64,000 bases of DNA, taken from the NCBI GenBank assembly GCA_965197925.1, contig CBDAOC010000018.1, forward strand, positions 256,001 through 320,000. Direction: 5' to 3'. Within the stretch, counting starts at the first letter, position 1, and each line of letters opens with the position of its first letter. Source of the DNA: Nitrososphaerales archaeon. GTDB taxonomy: Archaea > Thermoproteota > Nitrososphaeria > Nitrososphaerales > UBA213. Under the pieces are notes generated by a model. That model was not told the origin of the DNA and ran no database searches. It was given only the letters and a program-made list of their open reading frames with translations. A program made the position numbers and the translations under genes. Shown here piece after piece: positions 32,778 to 44,068 of the stretch.

Positions 32778-32888
32778 GCGGTCGTCGTCTAGATAGTCAG
32801 TCGATAATGTATCGACTGATTAGGATAAATTGGTCTAGGACGCTGGCCTTCCAAGCCCGCGACGCGGGTTCAAATCCCGCCGACCGCA
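32778..32888 (+). tRNA. tRNA-Gly(TCC) with a 36-nt D-loop intron at 15/16 (32793-32828)
   Basis: Acceptor GCGGTCG/CGACCGC; loop CTTCCAA; BHB GTCT AG^A [13-bp hairpin] GGAT AA^A. Confidence 0.92.
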
Positions 32889-32940
32889 TATAGTTTACTA
32901 ATGACCAATAAAGGCAATCCATAGATTTCTATACTAGTTA

Positions 32941-33291
32941 TCAAAAGAGTCCATACTTCGAAGTTTCTAACTCAGATTTTAGATCCATTTTCATTTCACA
33001 TCCTCGTTCTTTCAGTTTTGCAGTAAGCCAATTCATAAACTTTTTTTCAAAAGTCTTACCTTTCATATTAAGAAATTCATTTCCCAGTAAATTTGCAATC
33101 TTAACAAGTAACTGACTACAAACAGACAGTGTTAAGAAATACCAGCCGAACGTGAATTGTGGTTCACTAAGAACAAAGTCATCCTTCCCATGAACAAATT
33201 CTTCTACTTCCATTAGCGCTTTATTAAGTATCTGACTATCCCTATCATAATTCATAACGGCAATACTGATCTCTACACTGTCATTTACCAT
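32941..33291 (-). CDS. conserved hypothetical protein
   Basis: 116-aa ORF (FTFGWYF, MKGKTFEKKFMNWL). Confidence 0.75.
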   Translation of the reverse strand: MVNDSVEISIAVMNYDRDSQILNKALMEVEEFVHGKDDFVLSEPQFTFGWYFLTLSVCSQLLVKIANLLGNEFLNMKGKTFEKKFMNWLTAKLKERGCEMKMDLKSELETSKYGLF

Positions 33292-33372
33292 ATATCATAT
33301 ATGTATAATTATTTAATAAACCTTGATTACGGATATAGATTTAACCTATTGCTTTAATGGAAAATTCATGGT

Positions 33373-34249
33373 TAATTTATCCCAAAACTCTCCAATACAT
33401 CATGATTGATGCGATGTTAACCAACCCAAAATAATTCTCCGCTCTTCTTTCATACCTGATTGCCATTCTATGGAATCCACACTTGAGCCACGCAAAGAAT
33501 CTCTCAACAACGTAACGTGTCTTGCTGTAATCGTTTTGGTTTGTTGTCTTGTTGTTCTTTGTCTTGAAATTTCTGTGTGAAATACAATCTAGAATATTTC
33601 TGCTTTTCAAATATTCTCTAATTGCCTTAGAATCATAACCCTTGTCTGCATAAACTGATGTAATTTGTTTTATTGAATCATCATCTAGATAGTCAGAAAT
33701 GTTTTCCATCACATCAATTAATCTAGTAGAGTCATGTTCATTTGCAGAACCAATAATTATTGATACTGGCAGGGAATTACAATCAACTGCAACATGTATC
33801 TTTGTGCCTGTAATCCTCTTGAATCCATCATGTCCAATCACATTGCCTCTTTTTTGGCAGGAACAGTTGAGGAATCAACTGATATCCTCTGCAGTTGTAG
33901 ATTGCCAGATTTGTATGCAGATTTTATTGCACCTGACAGAATCTTTTTCCATACTTTCCTTTGCTGCCAGTTCTGTAACCTGCGATGTGCAGTTGATTTT
34001 GAGCCATACTTTTCTGGCATCTCACGCCACCTGCATCCAGTAACTAGAACAAACATGATTCCATTTATCGTGACACGGTCATTACTCCTTGGTCTGCCTG
34101 TTCTTGCAGGTTTTGGAATGTATTTTTGCATCATCCTCCATTGCTTGTCTGTTAATTCTTGAAATTGCATGAGATGGTTCAATGACTAATTGCAAATAGA
34201 TCTAATGATCGTCATTAATTCACTAAATGATCAGTTTTGGGACAAGTTG
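33373..34249 (-). mobile_element. IS5-family element (877 bp), apparently identical to 11206-12082
   Basis: Identical OrfA and OrfB translations, same TIRs, TSD GGT. Confidence 0.95.
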
Positions 34250-34284
34250 GGTATATGTAACCAAGATTCAAAAAAAACAGATTG

Positions 34285-34581
34285 TTATTCTCTTATACTT
34301 TCTAACACAGAAACAGCTTGCCATAAAGTAACTCTTACATACGAAGGCATGTTCGGGTCCTGTGAAAGATCGTCTAGTGTACTTATAGCATTTGCAGCAC
34401 GAACAGAAATACTCAACTCAGGATCTCGCAATGAATTAGCAATATCTTTCACGGTTTTTCGTATATTCCTAGGCGTTGTGAAATTATCACCCACACCATT
34501 TAGTATCTCCATTGATTTGGTACATCTTTCTACGTTTTCCTTCTCCTTTTGTTTCTTTGTTGTCAACATTATCACCCACAA
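34285..34581 (-). CDS. UPF0147 family protein
   Basis: Motifs TPRNIRK, RAANAISTLDD, DPNMPSYVRVTLW. Confidence 0.9.
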   Translation of the reverse strand: MWVIMLTTKKQKEKENVERCTKSMEILNGVGDNFTTPRNIRKTVKDIANSLRDPELSISVRAANAISTLDDLSQDPNMPSYVRVTLWQAVSVLESIRE

Positions 34582-34832
34582 AACAACTCTTAACCAATGA
34601 TACTCACTTTAAATGTTTATTATCATAAAAGGTTTTAGAAAGTCCACTTTCATAGTGATGCTTTTCAAAGAAAAATTTCAAAATCTGTGGCAAAATTGTA
34701 GAAAACGAGGGTTATTTCCCATATACCAAAATACGCAAGCCTTAATCGGAGTTGGTGGAGGTTACTGGTAGGTTGAACATAGACGAGAAGAAAAAAAAGT
34801 ATAGAAACTCATTATTAAAAAATAATGAGGAA

Positions 34833-35141
34833 TTAGACCTCAACGTATACTGTATCACCCTCAACACTAACTTTATAGGATTCTGAATCTTTGATCTTTG
34901 CCGGAAAAGCAATCAATTTTCCTGTAGTAACGTCCCATTTTGAACCATGCCATGGACATGTGACCTCTTTGCCTCCTAATTCCCCCTCGTGCAAATTTGC
35001 ACCTGCATGTGTACAAATATCACCCATTGCATAGAAACTACCTTCAACGTTCGCCACGAGTATATCTATCCCTCCAGCCTCTACATGCACCATTTTTCCT
35101 GTTGGTATATCTGTTTTCTTTCCTACAACGACCTTAGCCAT
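34833..35141 (-). CDS. Rieske-type [2Fe-2S] ferredoxin
   Basis: CTH...CPWHGS motif. Confidence 0.92.
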   Translation of the reverse strand: MAKVVVGKKTDIPTGKMVHVEAGGIDILVANVEGSFYAMGDICTHAGANLHEGELGGKEVTCPWHGSKWDVTTGKLIAFPAKIKDSESYKVSVEGDTVYVEV

Positions 35142-35178
35142 ACAATCTTGTGTTGAAACTATTATTTATAAATTATAA

Positions 35179-36036
35179 CTACTCAACAATCAGGACGTTA
35201 TTCCTTAAACTTCCTAGATTTTCAATCTCAATGTCAACTCTATCACCATTGTGAAGAAACTTAGGATTTTCCATGAATGCAGCCACACCAGAAGGTGTGC
35301 CTGATGCTATTATATCGCCCTGCTCTAATGTCATGACCATTGATAAACTTGCCACTATTCTATCTATCTTTATCACCATATTTTTTGTAGAAGAGTCCTG
35401 TCTTACCTCATTATTCACTTTGGTAATAATACGCAGATTATAAGGATCCCTTATTTCATCTCTTGTAGTCAGCCAGGGACCACAAGGAGCAAAAGTATCA
35501 AAGCCTTTACTCTTAGTCCATTGGCTTTCTTTGAATTGAATATCTCTAGCTGATACGTCATTAAAGATCAAATATCCTAGTACGTATTCCATTGCTTCTT
35601 CCGGTTTTACATTCTTACATTTCTTACCCATTACAAATGCAAGTTCACCTTCATAATCCAATTGCGTGACGAAACTAGGACACACTATGCTATCACCACT
35701 ACCAATCAATGTCGTTCTTGGTTTCATAAATATAATGGGTTCATCCGGTGGAGTTGTGCCCCTTTCATTAGCATGATCAAGATAATTATATCCAAGGCAA
35801 ATAATCTTGGATGGGTTTGATAAAGGGGGAAGAAACCTGTAGCCATCGATAGGCTCTGAAATGCTAACGTGATCATCCCTAATAGTTTCAATCCAGCCGC
35901 CAAAGAGAAATTCCTCTATATGCTCTGGTAGATTAATATTCAATTGCCTCCCCATGTCTTCTCTAGTCGTCAATTTATTACCATCAACTAATGCATAGGA
36001 TTCCAAGGAAAGATGCTCTAGTCTAGCGATCTTCAC
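35179..36036 (-). CDS. fumarylacetoacetate hydrolase family protein
   Basis: Motifs KIICLGYNY, DYEGEL, NDVSARD, KGFDTFAPCGP, GTPSGV. Confidence 0.92.
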   Translation of the reverse strand: MKIARLEHLSLESYALVDGNKLTTREDMGRQLNINLPEHIEEFLFGGWIETIRDDHVSISEPIDGYRFLPPLSNPSKIICLGYNYLDHANERGTTPPDEPIIFMKPRTTLIGSGDSIVCPSFVTQLDYEGELAFVMGKKCKNVKPEEAMEYVLGYLIFNDVSARDIQFKESQWTKSKGFDTFAPCGPWLTTRDEIRDPYNLRIITKVNNEVRQDSSTKNMVIKIDRIVASLSMVMTLEQGDIIASGTPSGVAAFMENPKFLHNGDRVDIEIENLGSLRNNVLIVE

Positions 36037-36042
36037 ATAACA

Positions 36043-37749
36043 TCACCTGTGTGTTAGAATGGCGAAATTAGCAGAATCAATCTTGCAGAAACCAAATCTA
36101 ATAAACTGAATTCTATCGTCAAGATTTAACCTCGAAACGTACGATTCTGCATAACCCTTCACAATTTCCATGCTGGCAGGGTTGTACTCCTCGCCGATTA
36201 AGAGCTTTCTAGGAATCATAATAGTCAAGTTGATTGCATCATTTACGCTAACCCAATGTATTTTTGCAGTATCCCGTAACTCATCACCACTATATGTTCC
36301 AATTACTTTATCCCCAACTTCATCAATCTTTACATTATACAAGTCGATCATTCTAATTTCAGATCCTACTTCCATCTTATTAACATCATCACCTGAAACA
36401 TAAAAAGTGTCATGAATACTAATCTCCCTTAAACCCATATCTACATCTGGATGATTTTTAATTTTGATCTTTTTTGACGGGGCATTTCTGACCAGTAGAA
36501 TGATTGGCTTTGTGACGAAAAATAGTCTTATAGAATGAGAGTCTATCATCTTCCTGTTAATAGATTCCAAGACATCAAACGGTGGTTTAGTATCTGCCTT
36601 CGTAAGCCCTAAAGTAAAAACAAACTTCCTTATCGCTTCAGGTAGAATCCCCCTTCGTTTCAACCCCATCAACGTAGGCAATCTTGGATCATCCCAGTTC
36701 TCTACTAGCCCTTGGTCTATCATTGGTTTTATCTTGCGTTTTGATACAGGCATACCATCAAAGTCCAACCTAGAAAATTCCATCATCATAGGTTTCCTTA
36801 ATTGGAGTTTATCAATTATTGCATAATACAGTTCCTTTCGTAATTCATATTCTTTAGTCCGCATGGCATGAGTAACACCATCAACACTGTCCTCTATTGG
36901 AGCAGCGAAGTCATAAGTTGGCCATACTCTATACTTATGATCTTTCAGAGGATGTTCACTATCAATTATTCTGAACAGCGTTGGATCACGCATTGCTGTA
37001 TTTTCGCTCTGCATATTACCTCTAAACCTTACAATGGCTTGATTGGATATATAGTCGGTGAACATCCTTTCCCATCTTTCAAAATTGTCTTCTTGATACA
37101 CATTTCTGCACTTGCACTCAACACCATTCTTTCTGTTTTCTCTTATAGTATTAATGGCACATGTACAAACATATGCACCGTTTATCCCCAACATCTGGCC
37201 TCCATAATTGTAAATCAATTCCATATCGTCTGAAGTGTTCTTTACTATGTGGGGTTTAACGCCAAGCCACTCTACTCCGTCTCTTATTGCGTCATAGTAT
37301 TCCAGCTTCTCTTTCAAGGGATTGGTATCATCAAAACGCAGTATGAGCTTCCCATTATACATCTTGGCGTATTCTTCATCTAAGATTACAGCTTTTGCAT
37401 GACCTATGTGAGGATAACCGCTTGGTTCCGGTGGGAATCTTGTAACAACCTTACCCATTTCCGCATTTGGCAAGGGCGGAAGAACATTCTTCTGTTCTTT
37501 CCGAGTCTGATTGATCAATTCTGGGGCTATTGATTCTAGTTCCAATTTCTGTTCCTCAACACTTAACTTGTTTACATTGTTGACAATTATCTTGGTCTCC
37601 TCGAAGATCATCGTGGCTTCTTTTCTAAATTCCGGTCTTAAACCAATAACTTTAGCCACTACTGTACCAGATTTGGCTTTGCCTTCATGGTCTACTGCAT
37701 TTTTAAGTGCTAATTTTCTGACAAGACTCTTGACATATTCATCTATCAT
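36043..37749 (-). CDS. gltX: glutamyl-tRNA synthetase
   Basis: RFPPEPSGYPHIGH (HIGH), RFDDTNP, VSKRK. Confidence 0.96.
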   Translation of the reverse strand: MIDEYVKSLVRKLALKNAVDHEGKAKSGTVVAKVIGLRPEFRKEATMIFEETKIIVNNVNKLSVEEQKLELESIAPELINQTRKEQKNVLPPLPNAEMGKVVTRFPPEPSGYPHIGHAKAVILDEEYAKMYNGKLILRFDDTNPLKEKLEYYDAIRDGVEWLGVKPHIVKNTSDDMELIYNYGGQMLGINGAYVCTCAINTIRENRKNGVECKCRNVYQEDNFERWERMFTDYISNQAIVRFRGNMQSENTAMRDPTLFRIIDSEHPLKDHKYRVWPTYDFAAPIEDSVDGVTHAMRTKEYELRKELYYAIIDKLQLRKPMMMEFSRLDFDGMPVSKRKIKPMIDQGLVENWDDPRLPTLMGLKRRGILPEAIRKFVFTLGLTKADTKPPFDVLESINRKMIDSHSIRLFFVTKPIILLVRNAPSKKIKIKNHPDVDMGLREISIHDTFYVSGDDVNKMEVGSEIRMIDLYNVKIDEVGDKVIGTYSGDELRDTAKIHWVSVNDAINLTIMIPRKLLIGEEYNPASMEIVKGYAESYVSRLNLDDRIQFIRFGFCKIDSANFAILTHR

Positions 37750-38745
37750 CTATAAGGCCCTCTCAACAATGAAATCTGCGAGAGAGACTAGAGCATCCTT
37801 TGACTTTGAGCCGTCATATAATTTTAAAGAATCCATGGCCTTTGATACATATAATCTCGCCATTTTTCTTACATCGTGATCAATTCCAATACGAGAAAGA
37901 ATATCTAGAACCGCCTTCAGTTCCGCGTCGGAAGCATTCTTCGAACCAAAGACATTAAGAATGATATTTTTTTCCTTAACCTTTGCTCTCTTGATTGTCA
38001 TAAGGATGGGTAAGGTTTTCTTTCCTTCCCTAATATCATTCCCAACGGGTTTCTTCGTTACTTTGGGATCGCCTACAATGCCTATAAGATCATCAACTAG
38101 TTGAAAAGCTATCCCTAGGTTTTTACCAAATACTCCAAGATTCTCAACATCAGCCTTATCCGCGAGTGCACACATCGCACCCAATTCGCAAGAAACAGAA
38201 AACAGCGCCGCTGTCTTTTTGCTAATCATATTGATATATTGTGATCCTGATGAAAATTTGGAGTTTAAAGCCATACCAATATCTAGTGCCTGTCCTTCAC
38301 TCACTTCAATACAGCTTTGTGACAATTTGTAAACAAGTTGAGATATAACCTTGTCTGGCAAACCTCTTCTCTTTCCATAGTGTGCTACTGCTTGAAATGC
38401 CTTAGAAAAAAGAACATCCCCTCCTAGTATAGCTAATGGAAAACCGTAATACTTGTGCACTGTAGGAATACTGTGTCTAACTTCATCATTGTCCATTATA
38501 TCATCCTGTACAAGTGTAAAATTATGTACCATCTCAATAGCAGCAGCTATAGGTAACGCTTGCTCTATTTTTCCTCCTAGCAATTCTGAGCTCTTTATTA
38601 CTAAAAATGGTCTCATCCTTTTCCCACCACTCCGTATGTAATGGGATGATGCCAGATACAGGTCTCTTGGTTCACCTTCAAGCATTGATAATATGAAGCT
38701 ATTTACACGCGATACTGTCGACCCTAAATGTTGTTCTAGACTCAT
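37750..38745 (-). CDS. idsA: geranylgeranyl diphosphate synthase (polyprenyl synthetase)
   Basis: Motifs GGKRMRP, QDDIMD, GQALD, FQLVDD. Confidence 0.9.
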   Translation of the reverse strand: MSLEQHLGSTVSRVNSFILSMLEGEPRDLYLASSHYIRSGGKRMRPFLVIKSSELLGGKIEQALPIAAAIEMVHNFTLVQDDIMDNDEVRHSIPTVHKYYGFPLAILGGDVLFSKAFQAVAHYGKRRGLPDKVISQLVYKLSQSCIEVSEGQALDIGMALNSKFSSGSQYINMISKKTAALFSVSCELGAMCALADKADVENLGVFGKNLGIAFQLVDDLIGIVGDPKVTKKPVGNDIREGKKTLPILMTIKRAKVKEKNIILNVFGSKNASDAELKAVLDILSRIGIDHDVRKMARLYVSKAMDSLKLYDGSKSKDALVSLADFIVERAL

Positions 38746-39815
38746 TTAAACCAATCCGCCAAAGGACCTGTCAACACATGTCTAGACCCTTTCAATGCTT
38801 TTACATTTTCGGCTCCAACCAAATACATCGCGCTCTTTAATTCATTTAACAACAAGCTGACAAACTGCATAACAGAATCTTTGGAAATTGAAGCCTGTTT
38901 CAAGAATGGTAGTGCCATTGCACACATATCAGCCCCTATAGAGAGGGACTTGGCTACTTCAAGACCATTTCTTAAACCTCCTGAAGCTATCAATGGCAAC
39001 TCCACTGCCTTTTTAACTTCAATCAAACTAACTGCTGTAGGTATACCCCAATCCCAGAACATTTCTCCCAAATGCATTTTCAACTCATCACCCATCGATT
39101 CAGCTCTAAGCTTTTCAACTCCAGCCCAGCTAGTGCCTCCGGAACCAGCTACATTAATAGCCTTTATACCTATGACCTGCAATTTGAGTGCAACTTCCTT
39201 CGATATACCTGCTCCGACTTCCTTCGCAATAACAGGAACATTCAAGACCTTTACCAGGTCTGCAATTTTTTGATATACAGCTCTGAACACCGGCTCACCT
39301 TCTGGTTGTATTAGCTCCTGTAATGGATTAAGATGAACCACGAGTGCATCGGCATTTATCATATCGATTATCCGTGTCACCTCATCAACACTCAACCCTT
39401 TCGCTAATTGTGCTCCTCCTATATTCGCAATCAGGAACGCATTAGGCGCATGTTCTCTTGCTATTGAATATGTTTCAGCCAGTGCCTTACTTTTCAATCC
39501 AGCCCTCTGGCTTCCCAAACCCATTCCTAACCCAAGTTCCTCAGCTGTTTCAGCTAATCTCTCATTGATCTTGGCTGCCTCGGGCGTACCTCCAGTCATG
39601 GAATCAATAATCAATGGTGCACTGAAATTATGGTTCAGAAATGTAGCTGAAGTATCAATTTCATCAAAATCTAACTCTGGTAATGCATTATGGACAAGCC
39701 CAACATATTCCAGATAAGTTGACGTTGTCTTTGCTTGAACTTGTTTGTGTAATGGCACATTTAACCCATCTAACTTTCTCTGTTTAATTACATCAATATC
39801 TGTTCGTTCATTCAT
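38742..39815 (-). CDS. fni: type 2 isopentenyl-diphosphate delta-isomerase
   Basis: Motifs SMTGG, GSQR, HLNPLQE..QPEG, KEVGAG, GGTSW. Confidence 0.95.
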   Translation of the reverse strand: MNERTDIDVIKQRKLDGLNVPLHKQVQAKTTSTYLEYVGLVHNALPELDFDEIDTSATFLNHNFSAPLIIDSMTGGTPEAAKINERLAETAEELGLGMGLGSQRAGLKSKALAETYSIAREHAPNAFLIANIGGAQLAKGLSVDEVTRIIDMINADALVVHLNPLQELIQPEGEPVFRAVYQKIADLVKVLNVPVIAKEVGAGISKEVALKLQVIGIKAINVAGSGGTSWAGVEKLRAESMGDELKMHLGEMFWDWGIPTAVSLIEVKKAVELPLIASGGLRNGLEVAKSLSIGADMCAMALPFLKQASISKDSVMQFVSLLLNELKSAMYLVGAENVKALKGSRHVLTGPLADWFK

Positions 39816-40570
39816 TCCCTTACACCCCTCACTATCGTACCTATCGCTTTTTTGTTATTCAAAGCCGTAACGATCCTATTAGGTTTCAATCCATTTACCA
39901 TTAACACATCTATGTTCATTCCTGTTATCTTAAATGCTTCCCTGATTTTTCTCTTCATTCCTCCCGTAACATCTCCAACCACATTATTGATGTTTGCCTG
40001 ATCTTCGGTATTGATCTCTCTTACTACTTCTTTACTATTCATATCTCTGTAAACCCCATCTACGTTCAGAGCAAATATAACAACGTCAGGACTCAATTCC
40101 TTTGCTAGTATAGTCATCAGGACATCGCCGGAAAGAATGTAATATGAACGATCTACATAGTAGAGAACATCACCATATGTTATTGGTATAAGATTACTTT
40201 TTGCAAGTTCCTTTAGTTCATTAAGTTTTGTCTTTATGCTTCTTGTTCTATACAGCAGCGATGAGGGTGGTACACTATAAGGATTAAGTTTGTTTTTTAC
40301 CATTATATTGATAATATAACTGTTGAGCTCGACCATGGCGCTCTTCACTACAGCTACACCATGTATATCGTATTTTGCTGGCTCCGTGTGCATGTCATAC
40401 TTTATCGAATAATAATGCCCAAATGAACCGCCCCCATGCACTATTATCAATGGCATCTTTACTTTTCTAAGACACTTACTTATTTTCTCCAAAGCTTTTT
40501 TGTTTACAGAAAGGGGTCTATCCTTGTATGTAATAACGGATCCTCCTAGTTTTAGAAGGGCTAGCCCCAT
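39812..40570 (-). CDS. ipk: isopentenyl phosphate kinase
   Basis: Motifs KLGGSVIT, HGGGSFGH, SGD, DVTGGM. Confidence 0.93.
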   Translation of the reverse strand: MGLALLKLGGSVITYKDRPLSVNKKALEKISKCLRKVKMPLIIVHGGGSFGHYYSIKYDMHTEPAKYDIHGVAVVKSAMVELNSYIINIMVKNKLNPYSVPPSSLLYRTRSIKTKLNELKELAKSNLIPITYGDVLYYVDRSYYILSGDVLMTILAKELSPDVVIFALNVDGVYRDMNSKEVVREINTEDQANINNVVGDVTGGMKRKIREAFKITGMNIDVLMVNGLKPNRIVTALNNKKAIGTIVRGVRE

Positions 40571-41003
40571 TAAAATATAGCTCCTTCAAGAACACATTTA
40601 ACGTTATCTATTAGACCCGAGGATCTTTATTAGTCTGATCTAAATGACATCACAAGACCTTATTGAATTTCAATTGGGTTTTTGTTCCATAATAATTCAA
40701 AATCTGGTGAAAGGTATTTATCTGATCGTTATTTCTAAATTATATTCACCTCCGTTGGTTCCCGGGATATTTTGTCTTTTTATTAACAAAATCTATAATC
40801 GATCTATGGATATGATAACCAATAAGATTCCTGACAATTCGTTATACCTACAAAATCATGTAAGAATGACACTATCAGTGGATATTTTATACCTGCAGTC
40901 CCTCAAAATGTCTAAAATATATTATATTAGATTGACACGGTTTAGTAAGTAGATTTACTTTTCTGCTTACATAATCAATCTTCTCGAAAAATGTAATGAC
41001 TAA

Positions 41004-42047
41004 GAGCCTATCCTAAAATTCTATCTGATTGTTAACGATTGGTAGAAATGATAACATTTAGAATGCAAGAATACTAGTTCATACTGTCAGGTTTAGTTTT
41101 CTTACTATTGATTTTATTAGTATTGTAGATAGTAGATACTAGAAACAGTTGCATTAACGTGTTTATGACACTACCAATATATCGCTCTATACACTATTAG
41201 GCAGTTAGCAAATTCTACTAGCGCCTGATAATTTTCCTTCTTCTCGAACCTTACCAATAACTTTCTGAACCTGTTATGCCAAGATGCGGTTCTTTCTACA
41301 ACCCATCTCTTTGCTTTGTACAAATTCTTTTTCAACACTTCACCCTTACGACGAATGTGATCCACATATCCCCTTCCTAACTCCATACTCTATCTCAGGG
41401 AAATCATATCATATCCTATTCATGCATATGTTCTGTTTAACTTTGGGCCTATCAACAACAATGCTATCTATTGTAGGAAAGGCTGATTTCATATCGTGTT
41501 TATTTGCTCCAGTAATTACAGATGAGAGAGGAATACCTCTTCTATCAACCAGCATGTGACGTTTGGTACCTAGCTTGCCTCTATCCGTTGGGTTTGCTCC
41601 GGTCGTTTTCCCCCTAATGGGGCCTTCGGTACGCTATCCATGGATTGCCAGTCCCATCCTATACCCTTCAATTCATCATATATTTCCAGCAGCCTCTTCC
41701 ATACCTTCTTGAATACTCCTATCCCAATCCATTCCTGAAATCTTGCATGGCAAGTTGAACCAGAACCAAATTCTTTAGATACCTTCTTCCACTGGCATCC
41801 AGTTCTTAATACGTACAGTATTCCATTCAACACTTTTCTAAATGGTACAGCTGGCCTTCCAACTGTTCTTGCTGGTTTCTCTGGTGGCAACACTAGTTTG
41901 AACTCTTCCCATAGATTGTCTGGTATATGCCATATGGTCGGCATGCTCTTTTTCTTTGATTTTCTCACAAATTTAGCTAGAGAGGACAGATCTAGATCTG
42001 TTTCGGTATAAACAATTAGGCTATGATGTTAATTTTAGGATAAGCTC
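41004..42047 (-). mobile_element. IS5-family element, copy 3 (same family as 2211 and 6699)
   Basis: Same TIRs with TAA flanks; ORF translations identical to copy 2. Confidence 0.93.
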
Positions 42048-42122
42048 TAAATCAAATTTGTGGTAATAATGATCTCTTTGATCCTTCTATTAGTATTAGT
42101 AATTTTATTATTCATAACTATC

Positions 42123-43217
42123 AGAGGCTTGGGCGTAATTTAGTTCGAAACGATAAGATCAGGTTCTAGTTTTTATTGTTGATATGTTTAGCTCAGACTC
42201 GATACTTCTTCATATATTATTTTTGATTGACGTGATTCGGACAAAACCTAATAGGAAAAGAGGTAGATCATTCTACTATTCTCCTACAGTTATGGTGAGA
42301 TGCTTCATCGTTAGAGTATGGATAAGAATACCAAGCAACAATGTGTTACATCAATACTTTTCGATAGACATGCCATACAACAGGAAGGTAATGAAGGCAT
42401 GTGGTCTTGATAGGTTGCCAGACAGAAGAACATTCGACAGAAGGTCAAGGCCGTATCAATTGACATAAGATCAAGGATAGATGTTATGGGTGTGCTCTTC
42501 ATAAAAGATGGGTTGGTAGACCCAGCCATAGTATCCGTTGACAGTTCATTGTTGAAAGCAAAGGGACATGTATGGCATAGATCAAACATGAAGAAGAACG
42601 AAGTACCACGCTCCGGTATAGATACAGATGCTCGATGGGGATTCAGCAGAACCAAGGGATGGGTATTCGGATACAAGATGCATCTAGCATGTAGCACAGG
42701 TTCGTTGATAGTTCCATTATCAGCTGATTTCACAACAGCTAACATTACTGATAACAAGATGTATGAAAGCATAACATCTTCATTGCCTACAGGAATGGTA
42801 AGGTATGTTGTAGGAGATGAAGGATATGATGATCACAAGTTATGTGATTTCAGCAGGTATAGAGGGCATCCAGTATTCCCATTGGAAAGGTACAAGCATA
42901 CTACAGATAATAATAGACTGGCATTGCTGCAGTTCTATCAATCTGAATTTAGACAGCATGTATATTCTCGGAGGAGCATAAGCGTTGAACCATTGATAGA
43001 GCAGATAAAGGATGTATTTACCATTAGATCCATTACCAGTTAGAGGATTTGATAAAGCTAGGAGCATCGTTCTGATTTCTATATTGCTATACCAGCTGAT
43101 GGTATACTACAACTACTTGACAGGAAGACCATTAAGGGCATTGAAGCACATGTTGGGAAGTTAATCAATCAGAGGCATCAAGTTATTTTTGTTATATGGA
43201 ATAATGCCCATGCCTCA
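42123..43217 (+). mobile_element. 'GAGGC-TIR' IS element, full length, frameshifted
   Basis: TIR AGAGGCTTGGGCGTAATT / AATAATGCCCATGCCTCA, TSD ACTATC. ORFs 42184-42468 and 42486-43043. Confidence 0.92.
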
Positions 43218-43383
43218 ACTATCTATTGAATAAATAATAATATCTATTGATCATTAAGTGCCATAAACAAATTAGAACGATATGCTGGATCAAATTAACC
43301 AAGGGTAAATCATTACAAACAAGCTGGATAGTAATGAACAAAAACAAAATTAATGAAGGAGACCTTATTTCTAATGATAGTTT

Positions 43384-43600
43384 GGCTCTGTAGAAACCAT
43401 ACAATAAAAAAAGTAAATCTATGCATGTTGTAGGCTATCATTCTGAACATCAGTCCCTATTCTACATCTTCACCAGTCTTGATGTTATATGCTCACTAAA
43501 CTTCTCTTTATCACTGATAGTACCGCCTCATTCTTGTTTTTTTGATGGTATAGCCGTGTATAGAATCTCCTCTTCAGTTGCTTCCTTTATCTCCCATATG
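43384..43600 (-). mobile_element. 3' remnant of another IS5-type element
   Basis: Frame-broken translation VLSVIK..FSEHITSRLVKM*NR..MFRMIAYNMHR followed by the TIR-like end GGTTTCTACAGAGCC. The inner boundary is approximate. Confidence 0.65.
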
Positions 43601-44068
43601 AAGCCTCAACTTTCTATGGTTTTACTTAAATAAACGATCTATGTATTCGAATTCCCTACGATAAAGAAATTGTTTTGTAATCCAAATATTATTAATTCTG
43701 TCAGCAAATTTTTGAACGGTTATATGCAGAGGAATATACAGCGCTTTAGTAGGGTCCCCATGTTAGTATCCCTATGATGCCAATCTACACATCTTCAAAT
43801 AATAAATTTCATTCTCTCTTTTACCTAGAAGGAAATTGCGATGTCATATCGCAAAGATATGATTTCTATTTTTGCAAATAGAGGCCCCCTCTTGTCTTTA
43901 ATGCAATATTAAAAGAAGTTTTATAGATATTGAACTAGCGGGATTCTTTTGTGAATTAAACATAAGGAATACCCTAATACTAGTTTTGATGTTACTTCAG
44001 AATCCTAACACTGAGGGTTATGGTTTTTCCAGAGCAAAAAATACTCCTCAATACTTGGTTTAGTAAGA

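Noticed and set aside
11206..34249. Inversion between the two identical inverted IS5 copies
   Set aside because: Each copy keeps its own matching TSD (ACA/ACA and GGT/GGT), so no recombination between them is evident.
34725..34745. AATACGCAAGCCTTA, resembling a 'GAGGC' IS right end
   Set aside because: No adjoining transposase homology or left end was found; too short to support a feature.
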